Source: Squalus acanthias (lineage: Eukaryota). From it: a DNA stretch of 64,000 bases. The stretch covers positions 29,576,001 to 29,640,000 of the forward strand of contig CM059433.1 of assembly GCA_030390025.1 (NCBI GenBank), read 5' to 3'. Positions 23,795-37,190 of the stretch are shown here, one piece after another (within the stretch, counting starts at the first letter, position 1; every line of letters starts with the position of its first letter). The notes beneath the pieces are model-generated. The model was not told where the DNA came from, did no database searches, and worked only from the letters and a program-made list of their open reading frames with translations. The translations under genes were made by a program, and so were the position numbers.

Positions 23795-26008
23795 TAAAAA
23801 TAGTGGGGAACCAAGGGGCTAATAAGAGCGAGGAACTTAAAGTAATTAATATCAGTAGAGGAAAAAGTACTTGAGAAACTAATGGAACTAAAAGCCGACA
23901 AATCCCCTGGACCTGATGGCCTACTTCCTAGGGTTCTGAAAGAGGTGGCTGCAGAGATAGTGGATGCATTGGTTGTGATTTTCCAGAATTCCCTAGATTC
24001 TAGAACAGTCCCCGCAGATTGGAAGGTAGTAAATGTAACCCCGCTATTCAAGAAAGGAGAGAAAGAGAAAATAGGGAACTACAGGTCAGTTAGCCTGACA
24101 TCAGTCGTCGGAAAAATGCTGGAATCTATTATTAAGGAAGTGGTAACAGGGCACTTAGAAAATCATAATATGATTAGGCAGAGTCAACATGGTTTTATGA
24201 AAGGGAAATCGTGTTTAACAAATTTATTAGACCTTTTTGAGGATGTAACTAGCAGGGTAGATAAAGGGGAACTAGTGGATGTAGTATATTTGGATTTCCA
24301 AAAGGCATTTGATAAGGTGCCACATAAAAGGTTGCTATGCAAGTTAGGGGCTCATGGAGTTGGGGGTAATGTATTAGCATCTATAGAGGATTGGTTAACG
24401 GACAGAAAACAGAGTAGGGATAAATGGGTCATTTTCAGGTTGGCAGGCTGTAACTAGTGGGGTGCTGGAAGGATCAGTGCTTGGTCCTCAGCTATTTACA
24501 ATCTATATTAATGACTTAGATGAAGAGACTGAGTGCAATGTATCAAAGTTTGCTGATGATACAAAGCTAGGTGGGAAAGTTGTGAGGGGGACACAAAGAG
24601 CCTGCAAAGGGATATATACAGGTTAAGTGAGTGGGCAATAAGGTGGCAGATGGAGTATAATGTGGAGAAATGTGAGGTTATTCACTTTGGTAGGAAGAAT
24701 CATGAGAAACTATTAAATGTTGGTGTTCTGAGAGATTTAGGTGTCCTCGTATAGGAAACACAGAAACTTAGCATGCAGGTACAGCAAACAATTAGGAAGG
24801 CAAATGGCATGTTGGCCTTTATTGCAAGGGGGTTGGTGTAGAAGAGTAAGGAAGTCTTACGAAAATTGTACTGGGCTTTGGTGAGACCACACCTGGAGTA
24901 CTGTGCACAGTTTTGGTCTCCTTATCTGAGAAAGGACATACATGCCTTAGAGGCAGTGCAACTAGATTGTTCCCTGGAATGAGAGGGTAGTCCTATGATG
25001 AGAGATTGAGTAGATTGGGCCTATACTCTCTGGAGTTTAGAAGAATGAGAGGTGATCTCATTGAAACATATAAAATTCTGAGGGGGATTGACAGGGTAGA
25101 TGCTGAGAGGTTGTTTCCCCTGGCTGGAGTGTCTATAACTAGGGAGCATAGTCTCAGGATAAGGGTCTGCCATTTAAGACTGTGTTGAGGAGGAATTTCT
25201 TCACTCAGAGGGTTGTGAATCTTTGGAATTCTCTACCCCAAAGGGCTGTGGATACTGAGTCATTGAGTATATTGGTGAGACCACGCCTTGAGTGTTGTGT
25301 GCCGTTTTGGTCGCCTTATCTGAGGAAGGATGTTCTTGCCATGGAGAGAGTGCAGCGAAGATTCACCAGACTGATGCCTGGGATGGCAGGAATGACGTAC
25401 GAGGAGAGATTGGGTCGATTGGGCTTATACTCGCTGGAGTTTAGAAGAAACTTCATTGAAACTTATAAAATTCTAACAGGACTAGACAGACTGGATGCAG
25501 GAAGGATGTCCCGATGGCGGGTGAGTCCAGAACAAGAGGTCACAGTCTAAAGATAAGGGGTAAGCCACTTAGGACAGAGATGAGGAGGAATTTCTTCACC
25601 CAGAGAGTGGTGAACCTGTGGAATTCTCTACCACAGAAGGCAGTTGAGGCCAAGTCAGTAAATATATTCAAGAAGGAGTTAGATCTATTTCCTAAGGCTA
25701 AAGGTATCAAGGGATATGGGGAGAAGGCAGGGACAGGGTACTGAGTTTGGATGATCAGCCATGATCTCATCGAATGGCGGAGCAGGCTCGAGGGGCCGAA
25801 TGGCCTACTCCTGCTCCTATCTTCTATGTTTCTATGTTTCTATATTCAAGGCTGAGATAGATAGATTTTTGGACTCTAGGGGAGTCAAGGGATATGGGGA
25901 TAATGTGGGAAGGTGGAGCTGAAGTCGAACACCAGCCATGATCTTATTGGACGACGGAGCAGGCTCGAAGGGCCGTATGGCCTACTCCTGCTCCTAATTC
26001 TTACGTTC
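23795..26008 (+). mobile_element. CR1 LINE (ORF2 RT, frameshifted) with a nested CR1 at 25274-25840
   Basis: KSPGPDG, NYRSVSLTS, QHGF.KGKSC.TNL, YLDFQKAFDKV and FADD. The inner copy ends in (tctatgtt)n and is flanked by a TATATT duplication. Confidence 0.9.
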
Positions 26009-26374
26009 CACCATCGCAGGGTGTTCAGCTTCTGACTGTTGGGAGACAGTTCGCTTGGGCCCATTTTCGGGCCTAGAATCGGTGGTGGGCAGGCAGTTGT
26101 CACCTCAACTGGGAGGCCTGAAGGCCTCTTTAATGTTTTTTGCACAACCTGCCAACACTGTTGCGATTCCACAGGCAGCTCGCCCATTTTACACAGAAGA
26201 ATATCGGACAGCTTGCCTCTCCGGCAGCAGCTAGCAGGTACGTCCTGAAAGAGGGGTTGAAGCAGGCAACAAGGTGGTTCGTGGAGGGGAGTGGGGGGGG
26301 GAAGGCGATCACCAGGACTGTGGAATTGGAGGAGAACTCCTGCTCCTCCTGGCTCTTCAGGAAGATTTTGTTTA

Positions 26375-26729
26375 AGAGGGCTTGACAAGGTAGATGCTTC
26401 CCCTGGCTGAAGAGTCTAGAACTAGGGGTCATGGTCTCAGGATAAGGGGTCGGCCATTTAGGACTGAGATGAGGAGAAATTTCTTCACTCAAAGGGTTGT
26501 GAATCTTTGGAATTCTCTAACCCACAGGGCTGTTGATGCTCAGTCGTTGAGTACATTCAAGACTGAGAGCGATAGATTTTGGGGCACTCAGGGAATCAAG
26601 GGATATGGGGACAGTGCGGGAAGGTAGAGTTGAGGTAGAAGATCAGTCATGATCTTATTAAATGGCGGAGCAGACTCGGTGGGCCGTATGGCCTACTCCT
26701 GCTTCTATTGCTTATATTCTTATGTTCTT
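26375..26729 (+). mobile_element. CR1 3' end
   Basis: SRTRGH...RRNFFTQRVVNLWN and a (ttcttatg) tail. Confidence 0.85.
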
Positions 26730-27142
26730 AAATCCTGAAGAATCCTGAGCGGAGTCCAATTTCTGTGAGGGACCTAAAACAAGCATTAGGCTCCTCATTT
26801 ACATATGTATGGGTCCTAACACTTGTTTAAGACGCCTGAAGAATGGCCTGACCTAATTTCGGGTCAGACGATTTTCAGGCTTCCTTGGTCCCCAAAATTG
26901 ATCCCCCTTATGACTCACAAACCCTAATGTCTCCTCCTCCGGCATCTTCATTTCCAGGCCTTTCTGAAGAGGAAAATCATGGTGGAGCCAGCAGGCAACC
27001 ACAATTCACAAAACAACATGGCAACCAGACTGGAGCTTCCAGACCTTTCTGGGCACCTGAATCTTCCCTTCAGCATATCATTGGCCTGTTCAATTCTAAC
27101 TCGAGTGCAGATGTAAGCCTTGTTGTCGAGTTCCTCCATTTC

Positions 27143-27460
27143 ATGGTGGGGGAGTTCAGAACAAAGGGGCATAACCTTAAAATTAGAGCCAAGCCGTTCA
27201 GGGGTGATGTCAAGTAACACTTCTTCACACAAAGGGTAGTGGAAATCTGGAACTCTCTCCCTCAAAAAGCTGTTGAGGCTGGGGGTCAATTGAAAATTTC
27301 AAAACTGAGATTGATAGAATTTTGTTAAGCAAGGGTATTAAGGGTTACGGAACCAAGGCGGGTAGATGGAGTTAAGATACGATCAGCCATGATCTAATTG
27401 AATGGTGGAACAGGATTGAGGGGCTGACTGGTCTACTCCTTTTCCTATGCTCACTATGCT
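27143..27460 (+). mobile_element. CR1 3' end
   Basis: RTKGHNLKIR motif plus tail. Confidence 0.8.
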
Positions 27461-27469
27461 ATACTGATC

Positions 27470-27990
27470 CTTCTCAGTAGTGCCTTAATGCCAATCTGCG
27501 CTGGTGCTGGGTGCGATTATGTCTGGTGATGGTGCGCCCTCAGGGGCTGGAGGTTCCTCTGAGGAGTCATCTTCCTATTCCTCGGCTGTTTCGGTCTTCT
27601 GGGGAGGACCTCCCTGTGTGCTCTGACTCCCTCCACAAGCATATGGAGGGAGTCTTGGGAGAACCTGGGTGCAGCCCTGCACCTCTGTGCAGTTATTTCC
27701 AAAGTGTTTGCAGCACTCCAATGCTGTAGTGCACTGATTGCATTATTTTAGATTAACCTTCAAATGTAATGTGACCACGGCCCCCTTAAATATGCTGGCT
27801 GAAAACGCGTCATGGATGACGTCAGCAGACCCGCGCCATTTCATTGGGCCGGGTAACGCGCAGGGCGGGCTTAATAGGCCCTATTAATGTAAAGTCGTTC
27901 TGTGCAACGGGATGGAGCCAGCAACGGGGTCGCGATCCGTCATGGCCACTGCCCACACCGGACCCACCCAGGTCGGGAAAATTCTGGCCC
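27470..27990 (-). mobile_element. Harbinger right-end remnant with the start of the Myb/SANT gene
   Basis: RAAPRFSQDSLHMLVEGVRAHREVL is homologous to the exon 1 that starts at 42500; terminal 'aaaattctggccc'. Confidence 0.75.
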
Positions 27991-28279
27991 CTGTCTTAAT
28001 CTTACATCAGATGGCTGTCCTGGCAATCATGGCATTAATTACTTGTTTTATGCAAGGATAGGCAGCAAATTGGCTGTGCTGGCAGAAGCCAACTCTTACT
28101 CCTTGGAATGATCCAGTACCCAGGAAATTAAGCACTTTTTCTGAGCCACAGTAATTGCACTGTTTACAGATCTCTCTGTAGGCTGAAGCAAAGCGCTTCT
28201 AGGCTGAACCACAGCCTCCTTACACATCACTCCAAGGTTATGTTCAAACAAGATCTTCCTTGGTCTGTGCCGACGAGTG

Positions 28280-28697
28280 GCTGGTTAACGCCTCGATTTT
28301 TAAATTCTTATCCCTGTGTTCAAATCCCTCCATGACCTCACCCCACTCTATCTCTGTAACCTCCTCCAGCCCTACAACCCTCCGAGATCTCTGCGCTCCT
28401 CCAATTTTGGCTTCTTGCGCATCTTCTGATTTTCATCGCTCCACCATTGCTGGCCATGCCTTTAGCTGTCAAGGTCCTATGCTCTGGAATTCCCTCCCTA
28501 AACCTCTCCACCTCTCTACTTATCTTTCCTCCTTTAAGACGCTCCTTAAAATCTACCTCTTTGATCAAACTTTTGGTCACCTGTCCTAATATCTCCTTAT
28601 GTGGCTGGTATTAAATTTTGTTCGTTAACGCTCCTGTAAAGTGCCTTGGGCCATTTTACTATGTGAAGGGCACTATATAAATGCAAGTTGTTGTAGT
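28280..28697 (+). mobile_element. L2 3' end
   Basis: Matches 6080-6937, including the 'ctatataaatgcaagttgttg' tail. Confidence 0.85.
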
Positions 28698-29296
28698 TGG
28701 GTATCTACATAGTGTCTATATTAATGCTTTTCTTTCTTAACAATCACTGGTGAACCAGAGTGGTTAGAATATGCATTAGTGCTACAAATCTCTGCACAAG
28801 ATATTCTCTCAGGTTCACTATCACTGGTAACTCCCGTAAGTGAACCCTGCATCCCCTACAATCAGGAGTATGCCTTTACCACCAATATCTAGTTCTGATA
28901 GCATGACTCTCATGCTGTAAAAATATGACTCACATTGTGCGTACAGTTTACTGTGATCTGGCACGTATTGCCATTTGTATTTCCCCGATCTCTCTGAAGT
29001 TGGACAGATAAGCACTGCAGCGAGAGGAAGCCAATTGTAAACCAATCAACTGGTTTATTTTTACATGAAATGCATGAATGAAAAGAAAACCATTTTTACA
29101 GTGAGTTTTGTACTATCGCTCCGCATAACATTAATAATAAATTATGCAAACTTTGCTCTTGATGTGGCCTTCCTCTCTTTATGAGTCAATATTACTGAAC
29201 TGACTAGCTTTAACTTAAAAAGCAAGACTTCTCTGCCTCTTCCTCCCTCCCCTTCCCCTTCTCCTTCCCTTTCCCTGCCTCTGTACTTGCTTAAAA

Positions 29297-29450
29297 CCTG
29301 TTATATCTCTCACTTTTTCCAATTCTGATGAAAATGCATCGACCTGAAACTCTGTTTCTCTCTCCATAGATGCTGCCTGACCTGCTGAATATTTCCAGCA
29401 TTTTCTGTTTTTATTTCAGATTTCCAGCATCCACAGTATTTTGCTTTTGT
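29297..29450 (+). mobile_element. Penelope-like element terminal fragment with a decayed hammerhead motif
   Basis: 'ttctgatgaa...tcgacctgaaac...ctctccatagatgctgcctgacctgctga...ccagca' resembles the elasmobranch PLE terminus as I recall it; CTGATGA...GAAAC core present. Confidence 0.6.
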
Positions 29451-29529
29451 TCTCTGCCTCTTTCTCTGACTGTTCTAAACTCAAATTGGTTACAAATTGT
29501 CTTTTCCCAGAGAGAGAGAGAGAAAGAAA

Positions 29530-29632
29530 AGAAAGACTTGCATTTATGTAGCGCCTTTGACGACCACCGGACATCTCAAAGCGCTTTACAGCCAATGAAG
29601 TACTTTTGAAGTGGAGTCACTGTTGTAATGTG
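29530..29632 (-). mobile_element. DeuSINE 3' fragment
   Basis: Reverse complement of the SINE tail. Confidence 0.75.
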
Positions 29633-30742
29633 GGAAGAGAGAGAGAGAAGGGAAGTCAAAAGTTTAACCTCTGGCCCCTTCCTTCGGTTTGCTGTGTCAG
29701 GGATTGGTTCATTGAACTGCCAATCAAGGCTACCACCTTGTATCGGAAATTCTATCTCCCAACCCCCCCACCCCATATGACAGCCATGGCAATTAGCATT
29801 GTTTGTTTAGCTCAGCCTCCTGTTGTGCTTAGTGAATAAAACCAATGGACTTCTCTTAAGATGTGCTAACAATCTCCCCCCTTACCGACTGTCTCAGACT
29901 GATATGGTACTATGAGTATGCACAATTCTGTTAGCTATTTCATCTAGTAATCCAGCTACTAGACCTAATCAGCATCCCAGATAGCTTGTGTTAGTTCTGG
30001 GAGTTAACTCCTTGTGGACCGAAATTAACTTCACGGTAAAATCGTAATATAAATTAAGCTGGAAACCCCTTCCAGACTAAATCGGGAAAAATCTTGAAAC
30101 ATGATAATACAAAAATCTATGTTTTGACCCATTGATATCTCTACACCAAGTCTTTTTGTGCTTTGAGTCAACCATCAGCAGACAATCCATAATATTGCTG
30201 CAGTTACCATTAACTGCATCCATTTGTTAAGCCAAATAATATACAAAAAATGAAAAACCAATCAATTTGTTTAGCATAAAGCTTCTTTCATGAACCTTTG
30301 TTGGCTATGAATTGTGCTTAAAATCTATTTGATTTTTAAAAATCCATGTTTATCCTACTGCAGATGTCAAACCTATAGGGTAATAAATATAACACAAATA
30401 TATATGAAGAAAGGACTTGTACACTTCCCTTGAAACCATATTTGAACAAACTTCAAAGGAAAGTCCATGACCAGAACAGATTCTATAGTCCACCTGACCA
30501 GCTCCAAAAACTTTATACCTCTCAGTCGGCCAGTTCCTCAAATATCTATCTAATTCTCTCTGAATTTCTTCCCCCAGTGCCTCTGTGGGGAGTTCATTCT
30601 AAGCTCTGTGTAAAGTAGTTAAATATAACCTGTCCATCGACCTTCCTCCTTTGAAGTTTTATCTGATTCTAGAGTTTGTGGAAATCCCAAGCAGACTATT
30701 GGGATCTGGAATAATCTCTCCCCATAACTTTTGTTGAGTAGT

Positions 30743-31072
30743 TAGGGAGAAACTGTTTCCACTGGCAGGAGGGTCAGTAACTGAGGACACAGATTTAAGA
30801 TAATTGGCAAAAGAACCAGAGGGGATATGAGGAGAATTTTTTTTATGCAGCAAGTTGTTATGATCTGGAATGCACTGTCTGAAAGGGTGGTGGAAGCAGA
30901 TTCAATAGTTACTTTCAAAAGGGAATTGGATATATACTTGACAAGGAAAGAATTGCAAAGCTACGGGGAAAGAGCGGGGGAGTGGGACTAATTGGATAGC
31001 ACTTTCAAAGAGCCGGCACAGGCACGGTGGGCCGATTGGCTTCCTTTGGTGTTGTAAGATTCTATGATTCTA
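30743..31072 (+). mobile_element. CR1 3' end (family of 8408-8830)
   Basis: Colinear with 8515-8830; (gattctat)n tail. Confidence 0.82.
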
Positions 31073-32394
31073 AACAATCTCGAGCTCTTCAACATCACCT
31101 CATAGCTCAAATCCCTTAAGGTAGGTGTTAGTTTGGCTGCCCTTTTCTGCATTGCTTTGATCCCAAATTATGACAAATGGTGTTTAGTTATCAGACATAC
31201 TTAATAGCAATAGTTACTTTCCTGCCTTACTTAATTTCGTTTTGGGAATAATTACTTGGCATTATTTTAAAACATGTGTTTTTTGCAAATGATAATTTGA
31301 AATCTGTTCACTTAAAACCAAGAAAATGGAAATTAATTGCACAGATTATAAGAGCATTGATTTTATGTAATCAACAGATCCAAATTAATTTAGAATTGCG
31401 TTTGATTTACATTAACTACATTTATATAAAATAACAAGTGGCTGGAAATACACTACAAAGGTCATGACAAATTCAAATGGTTTATTGATTGTAATATGCA
31501 GCTACTACTTCAAAACTAACTAGGGCTGCCTGCACCTGAACAGCCCACCTTATGCCATCTGTTACTTTGCATAACATCTGCAGCCTGTTTTTACTTGAAA
31601 GAAAAATTACTGTTGTTGCATCCCACCAAGTGGACTGGACAAGTAAGCAGGTTGTTTGTAATTTTCAGGAAAGACTGAACAGGCTGGGGCTCTTTTCTCT
31701 AGAAAAGAGAAGACTGAGAGGTGACCTGATAGAGGCCTTTAAGCTGTTACTAGCCCTCAGCTTCAGGCAGGCCTGTGGTTTTCACCCTGACTCACTCCCC
31801 CATTGTTGTCCAGCCTGTTCAAAGTAACATAAGTTTTCAAAGTTATTGGGCCTGCTGCCCATTTGGGCTTGTTGCCCTTTGTTATCCGTTGCCTTGTCCT
31901 GCAAAGAGAAGCAGATTTGAGATGTTGGACGTTTGAAGAGCACATATAGTGAGACCCAAGTGGTCACCCTGTACTCTGACTTGTGTGTGAGCAGATCAAG
32001 TGCGTCATGCAGCTCGCTTTGCTTGTAAGCTTTGGGGGCTCCACTTTCCAAATTCAAATCTAAGTGCAACATTAGTTCCAGTTTTAAATGGCAGTAATAG
32101 TGTGAACTACTCCAATAAGGGCAAGTGTGTGAAGCTTTAAAAGAGGTGTGTTTTCTAGGGCTTACCATGTAATCTCCATCACAGTTGTCACAGGTTGAGA
32201 AGAAACTATTTGTAACATCCATACTTTGTGCCTCCACTGTGTATAGGGAAAGACCGGCTTCCTTACCTTGGCAGACTTCCGAAGTCTCTTAAAGTGAGCA
32301 GTCTCACTTGTTCCCTTGTTCTTTGGACATAGCAGTAACTCATTGAGCCACTTCCTGCTCTTCAGATTGATACCAGGACTTAGAGGTTTTTTTA

Positions 32395-33312
32395 AATTCA
32401 TTTATGGGATCTGGGCATCGCTGGCGAGGCCAGCATTTATTGCCCATCCCTAGTTGCCCTTGAGAAGGTGGTGGTGAGCCGCCTTCTTGAACCGCTGCAG
32501 TCCGTGTGGTGATGGTACTCCCACAGTGCTGGTAGGGAGGAAGTTCCAGGATTTTGACCCAGCGACGATGAAGGATCGGCGATATACTTCTAAGTCAGGA
32601 TGGCTGTGTGACTTGGAGGGGAACTTGGAGGTGGTGGTGTTCCCTTGTGCCTGCTGCCCTTGTCCTTCTAGGTGGAAGAGGTCATGGGTTTGAGAGGTGC
32701 TGCTGAAGAAGCCTTGGCTAGTTGCTGCAGTGCATCTTGTAGATGGTACACACTGCAGCCACAGTACGCCGGTGGTGGAGGGAGTGAATGTTTAAGGTGG
32801 TGGATGGGGTGCCAATCAAGCGGGCTGCTTTGTCCTGGATGGTGTCAAGCTTCTTGAGTGTTGCTGGAGCTGCACTCATCCAGGCAAGTGGAGAGTATTC
32901 CATCACACTCCTTACTTGTGCCTTGTAGATGGTGGAAAGGCTTTGGGGAGTCAGGAGGTGAGACACTCGCCACAGAATACCCAGCCTCTGACCTGCTCTT
33001 GATGCCACAGTATTTATGTGGCTGGTCCAGTTAAGTTTCTGGTTAATGGTGACCCCCAGGATGTTGATGGTGGGGGATTTGGCGATGGTAATGCTGTTGA
33101 ATGTCAAGGGGAGGTGGTTAGACTTTCGCTTGTTGGAGATAGTCATTGCCTGGCACTTCTGTGGCGAGAATGTTACCTGCCACTTATCAGCCCAAGCCTG
33201 AACGTCGTCCAGGTCTTGTTGCATGCGGGCATGGACTGCTTCATTATCTGTGGAGTTGTGAATGGCGCTGAACACTGTGCAGTCATCAGCAAACATCCCC
33301 ATTTCTGACCTT
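32395..33312 (-). mobile_element. CR1-clade LINE 3' portion (RT C-terminus)
   Basis: ORF 32718-33329: MFADDC, WADKWQVTF, YKAQVRSVMEY; tail as at 350-509. Confidence 0.9.
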
Positions 33313-33750
33313 ATGAGGATAGGTTGCATAAACTTGGCTTGTATTCCGTTGAGTTTACAAGGTTGAGGAGTGATCTAATCAAAGTGTTTAAAATGTTAAG
33401 ATTCAATAGGGTAGATACGGAGAAACAATTTCCTCTGGTGGGGAAATCCAGAACAAGGGGGCACAATCTTAAAATTAGAGCCTGGCCATTCAGGAATGAA
33501 TAAGGAAGCACTTTTTCACACAAAGTGTAGTAGAAATCTGGAACTCTCTCCACAAAAAGCTGTCGATGCTGGGGGCCAATTGGAGCTTTCAAGACTAAGA
33601 TCGATAGATATTTGTTAGACAAGGGTATCAAGGGATATGGCGCTAAGGAGGGTAAATGGAGTTGAGGAGCAGATCAGTCTTGATCTAACTGAATGGCGGA
33701 AGAGGCTCGAGGAGCTGTGTGGCCTACTCTTGTTCCTAATGTTCCTCTGT
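33313..33750 (+). mobile_element. CR1 3' end
   Basis: Degenerate RLRSDLI and SRTRGHNLKIR plus tail. Confidence 0.8.
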
Positions 33751-34048
33751 TTCTCCTGAGATGAGTTGCACATTTCTTCTGTGGGGAACGCGCCCTGGAG
33801 GCCCTCTGGACTTTTGCACAGCAAAACCTTCTTACCAGCAATCCCCTTTCTGTCCAGCAGGTGATACTACACCCACCACCCCTCTCCCCTGACCCCCCCT
33901 CCCCCAACGACTCCCCTTTTGTAATATATTATCACATGGTTTGGTATGAGCATGCTCAGTTTGCTCTGGCCTAGTAAAGCAAGCACATGGATTAGCAACT
34001 CATCCTGTCTCTGCCCTTCATTTGTTCTACCCACATGTATTAAATTTT

Positions 34049-34066
34049 TGGCGATGAGGATGTGAT
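34049..34066 (+). promoter_or_regulatory. Primer binding site, tRNA-Ser(GCU)-like
   Basis: tggcgatgaggatgtgat compared with the complement of the tRNA-Ser(GCU) 3' end, TGGCGACGAGGATGGGAT. Confidence 0.75.
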
Positions 34067-34302
34067 CCCAAAGCCATTTTTAGGGATCATGGAAAGACAC
34101 AGTGTTCAACCTTCAAGTGGAAAAGTTTAAGGTGAATTTGTGACACCTAAACTGAATTTTTTGTGATAATTTACTGTTAATGCTGATGCAGAATTGTCTG
34201 TGCTTCGCCTTCGTGTGTATGTATACACAGCAACAGCGGCATTGATTCTCACAGGTACACAGGCAGCGTGCTGAGTCACTGTTCAACGGGATCGGGACAA
34301 TC

Positions 34303-35519
34303 ATGGCCACGCCTACAGGATTCATCAGAAGCCTCAGCATGTATGACCGAGCTCGCAAACCAATCAGTTCTTACATTGAGTGGATGGAGATTTTTTTAAG
34401 GCCAATAACATTATTGAGACCGAAGGTGCAGATGAGAATGTTCAAGCTCAAAATAAAGTAATTATTCGTAAAAAAGCAATTTTTCTAACGGATATCGGGC
34501 CAGATGTCTACAGAACGTTGACAAACCTACTCGCGCCAGGGAAAGTGAAGGATGTGTCTTTTGAAGACATTGTTGAGAAACTCAAGGACCATTTCGACCC
34601 AAAGCCATTAGAAATAGCAGAGAGCTATAAGTTTGGTACCAGAAACCAAAAACAAAGTGAAACCATCAGGGAATACATTGTAGCTCTTAAAAAGCTGTCT
34701 TTGCATTGTAACTTCAGCACATTTTTGGATCGTGCGTTGCGAGATAAGTTTGTGTGTGGACTGGCGGATGAGCGCACACAGTCCAAGTTACTGAATACTC
34801 TGAACCTAACGTTTGACATAGCAAGCAAAATTACTCTATCTGTGGAGGTGGCGTCTAAGAATGCTAGGGAGCTCTGTCCAACTCAAGTGACTAGTGCAGC
34901 TGAGGTCTACAGTCACAAAGCCACCGCCAAACCTAAAGTTGTGAGACCAAGTCAAAAGCATGTCAGTGAGAGCAGTTCAGGGAATTGTTATCGCTGGATT
35001 GGCAATCACTCATCACAGACCTGCCAATACAGAATTGCGAAGTGTTTTCACTGCCAGAAGCAAGGCCATATTTCAACAGCTTGCAGAGCTAGATCGAAAG
35101 CAGGAAGTAAGAATCATTCTAGTGGCAATGCAAAGCAGCGACAACAAAAGGGAGGAATTCACAATATTGAAGTGAACACACCTGATGTTGAAGAACTAGG
35201 CATCTACAGTATCTATGCCACTAGCGGCAGCACCAGCAGTCATGAGAAATTCTTCTGTACAAAACTTTTGATATATGACCAATATATTGATATGTGTATC
35301 GACACAGCGGCGGACTGCTCTATCATGAGTAAGGACACATATGAGAGTAAGTTTAATCAAATGCCACTTACAAAAAATAACGTAGAGTTAAAAACCCACT
35401 CAGGAGAAATCCTAGAGACATGTGGACAAATGGAATGTACAGTTCAGCACAATGGCCAGTCAGTAAAGTTGCCTATTATTGTAGTGAGCTACAACACCAG
35501 GCCAACCCTCATGGGCTAA
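34303..35519 (+). pseudogene. Gypsy gag-protease (frameshift near the N-terminus)
   Basis: RNQKQSETIREYIVALKKL and LRDKFVCGL; zinc knuckles CYRWIGNHSSQTC (degenerate) and CFHCQKQGHISTAC; protease IDTAAD. Confidence 0.88.
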
Positions 35520-37190
35520 GACTGATTGAGAAAGTTAAAACTACACTGAAAAAACATCTTCAGTGTAGATGCTTCAAAGAAGTGACTCGACACAATGCTG
35601 AACAAGTATAAAAGCATGTTCTCAGACAGTTATGAGGGCATCACTGGGTATGACGCACATATCAGCATCAAGTCCAACATGAAGCCTGCCTATGCATTGA
35701 AAAGTCAGGTGGAGGAAGAGCTAGAGAAAGAGCTAGAGAGCTAAAGAGAACGGAGTGCTAGTAAAAACTGACAAAAGTGAATGCGCTACCCCGATTGTGG
35801 TAGTGCCCAAAGCAGACAAAACTGTATGCTTGTGCATTGACTACAAAGTTACTATCAACCAAGCAGTTGACAAGCAGTACCCATTACCTACATCGCAAGA
35901 TTTGTATGCAGTACTCTCTGGGTCAAAGGTTTTCTCCATCTTGACCTGTCGTATGCTTACGCTCAGCTGAATGTTGACAAAGAGAGTCAACAGTATCTCA
36001 CTATCAACACACACAAGGGACTGTACTCATACACCAAGCTGCCGTATGGTGTAAAGTCCTCCCCCAAAATCTTCCAGGCTACGATGGATAAGATTTTGCA
36101 AGGAATTCCAAATTGCTTATGCAATCAAGACGATGTGCTGATCTCAACAAGCATGAGGAAGAAAATCTAGAAGTGTTAGATTTAGTGCTTCAAAGGTTGA
36201 ATTCCCACAATGTCAAATTGAAAAGGAGCAAATGTGTTTTTGTGCAGCCCAAGGTTGTATACCTTGGTTTGAAAGTTGATGCAAATGGCTTGCAACCAGT
36301 GCAGGAAAAGGTTGATGCTGTCATCAATGCTCCAAAGCCACAGAACATGTCTGAGTTAAGATCTTTCCTTGGAATGGTCCAGTACTATGCACGTTTCTTG
36401 CCTGAGTTAGCGACCATGTTAGCTCCATCGCACGAGCTCCTCAAGAAGGATATCCAGTGGAAGTGGACAAAAGCGCAACAGGAAGCTTATGAAGCTTGTA
36501 AGAGAAGTCTCTCTATCAATGTTCTACTTGCGCACTACGACACAGAGTGTGAACTTAAGTTAGCATGTGATGCTTCTAGCTATGGTGTGGGAGCTGTCAT
36601 AAGCCATGTAATGGATGAAGGCCAAGAGAAACCAATCGCGTTTGCATCACGAACCCTCACAAAGAGCAAAAGAAACTACGTGCAAATTGAAAAGGAAGCA
36701 CTCGCCATAGTGTTTGGAATCAAGAAACTCCAACAGTTCCTGATCGGCAGAAAGTTTACCCTGATAACCAATCACAAACCGCTCCTAGCCATACTGGGGC
36801 CCAAATCTATCATCCCTGCAATGGTCGCATCAAGAATGCAATGTTGGGCAGTGTTGTTGTCACAATATGACTACACAATTGAATATCACACTTCAAAGCA
36901 AAACGCAATCGCAGATGTCTTGTCCAGGTTGCCACATGAAGACTCGTGTTGGGAGTGACGGTGAGATTTTCACGCTAGGTGCAGTTGACAAAGATTTTCC
37001 CGTGAATGCAACTGAGATTGCAAATGAGCTCAAAAGGATTCAGTACTGAAAATACCTTGAATGGATGGACTGATCAGTGTCTGGACACAGAGTTGAAACC
37101 ATTCCATAACCATCGTACTGAATTGTCTTGTGAGCAAGGTTGTATCAAGGGGGGAAACAGAGTTGTGGTACCTACCTCTTTGAGTTCGGA
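35520..37190 (+). pseudogene. Gypsy pol remnant (RT and RNase H, frameshifted; integrase core absent)
   Basis: ATPIVVVPK..CIDYK, LRSFLGMVQYY, LACDASSYGVGAV, EKEALAIVFG, NAIADVLSR. After 'GNRVVVP' the sequence jumps to the 'RRSGR.RKP' C-terminal tail. Confidence 0.88.

Noticed and set aside
28813..28835. Possible 23-nt micro-exon (ttctctcag|GTTCAC...CTCCC|gtaagt)
   Set aside because: Plausible signals but too short to support without RNA-seq or conservation data.
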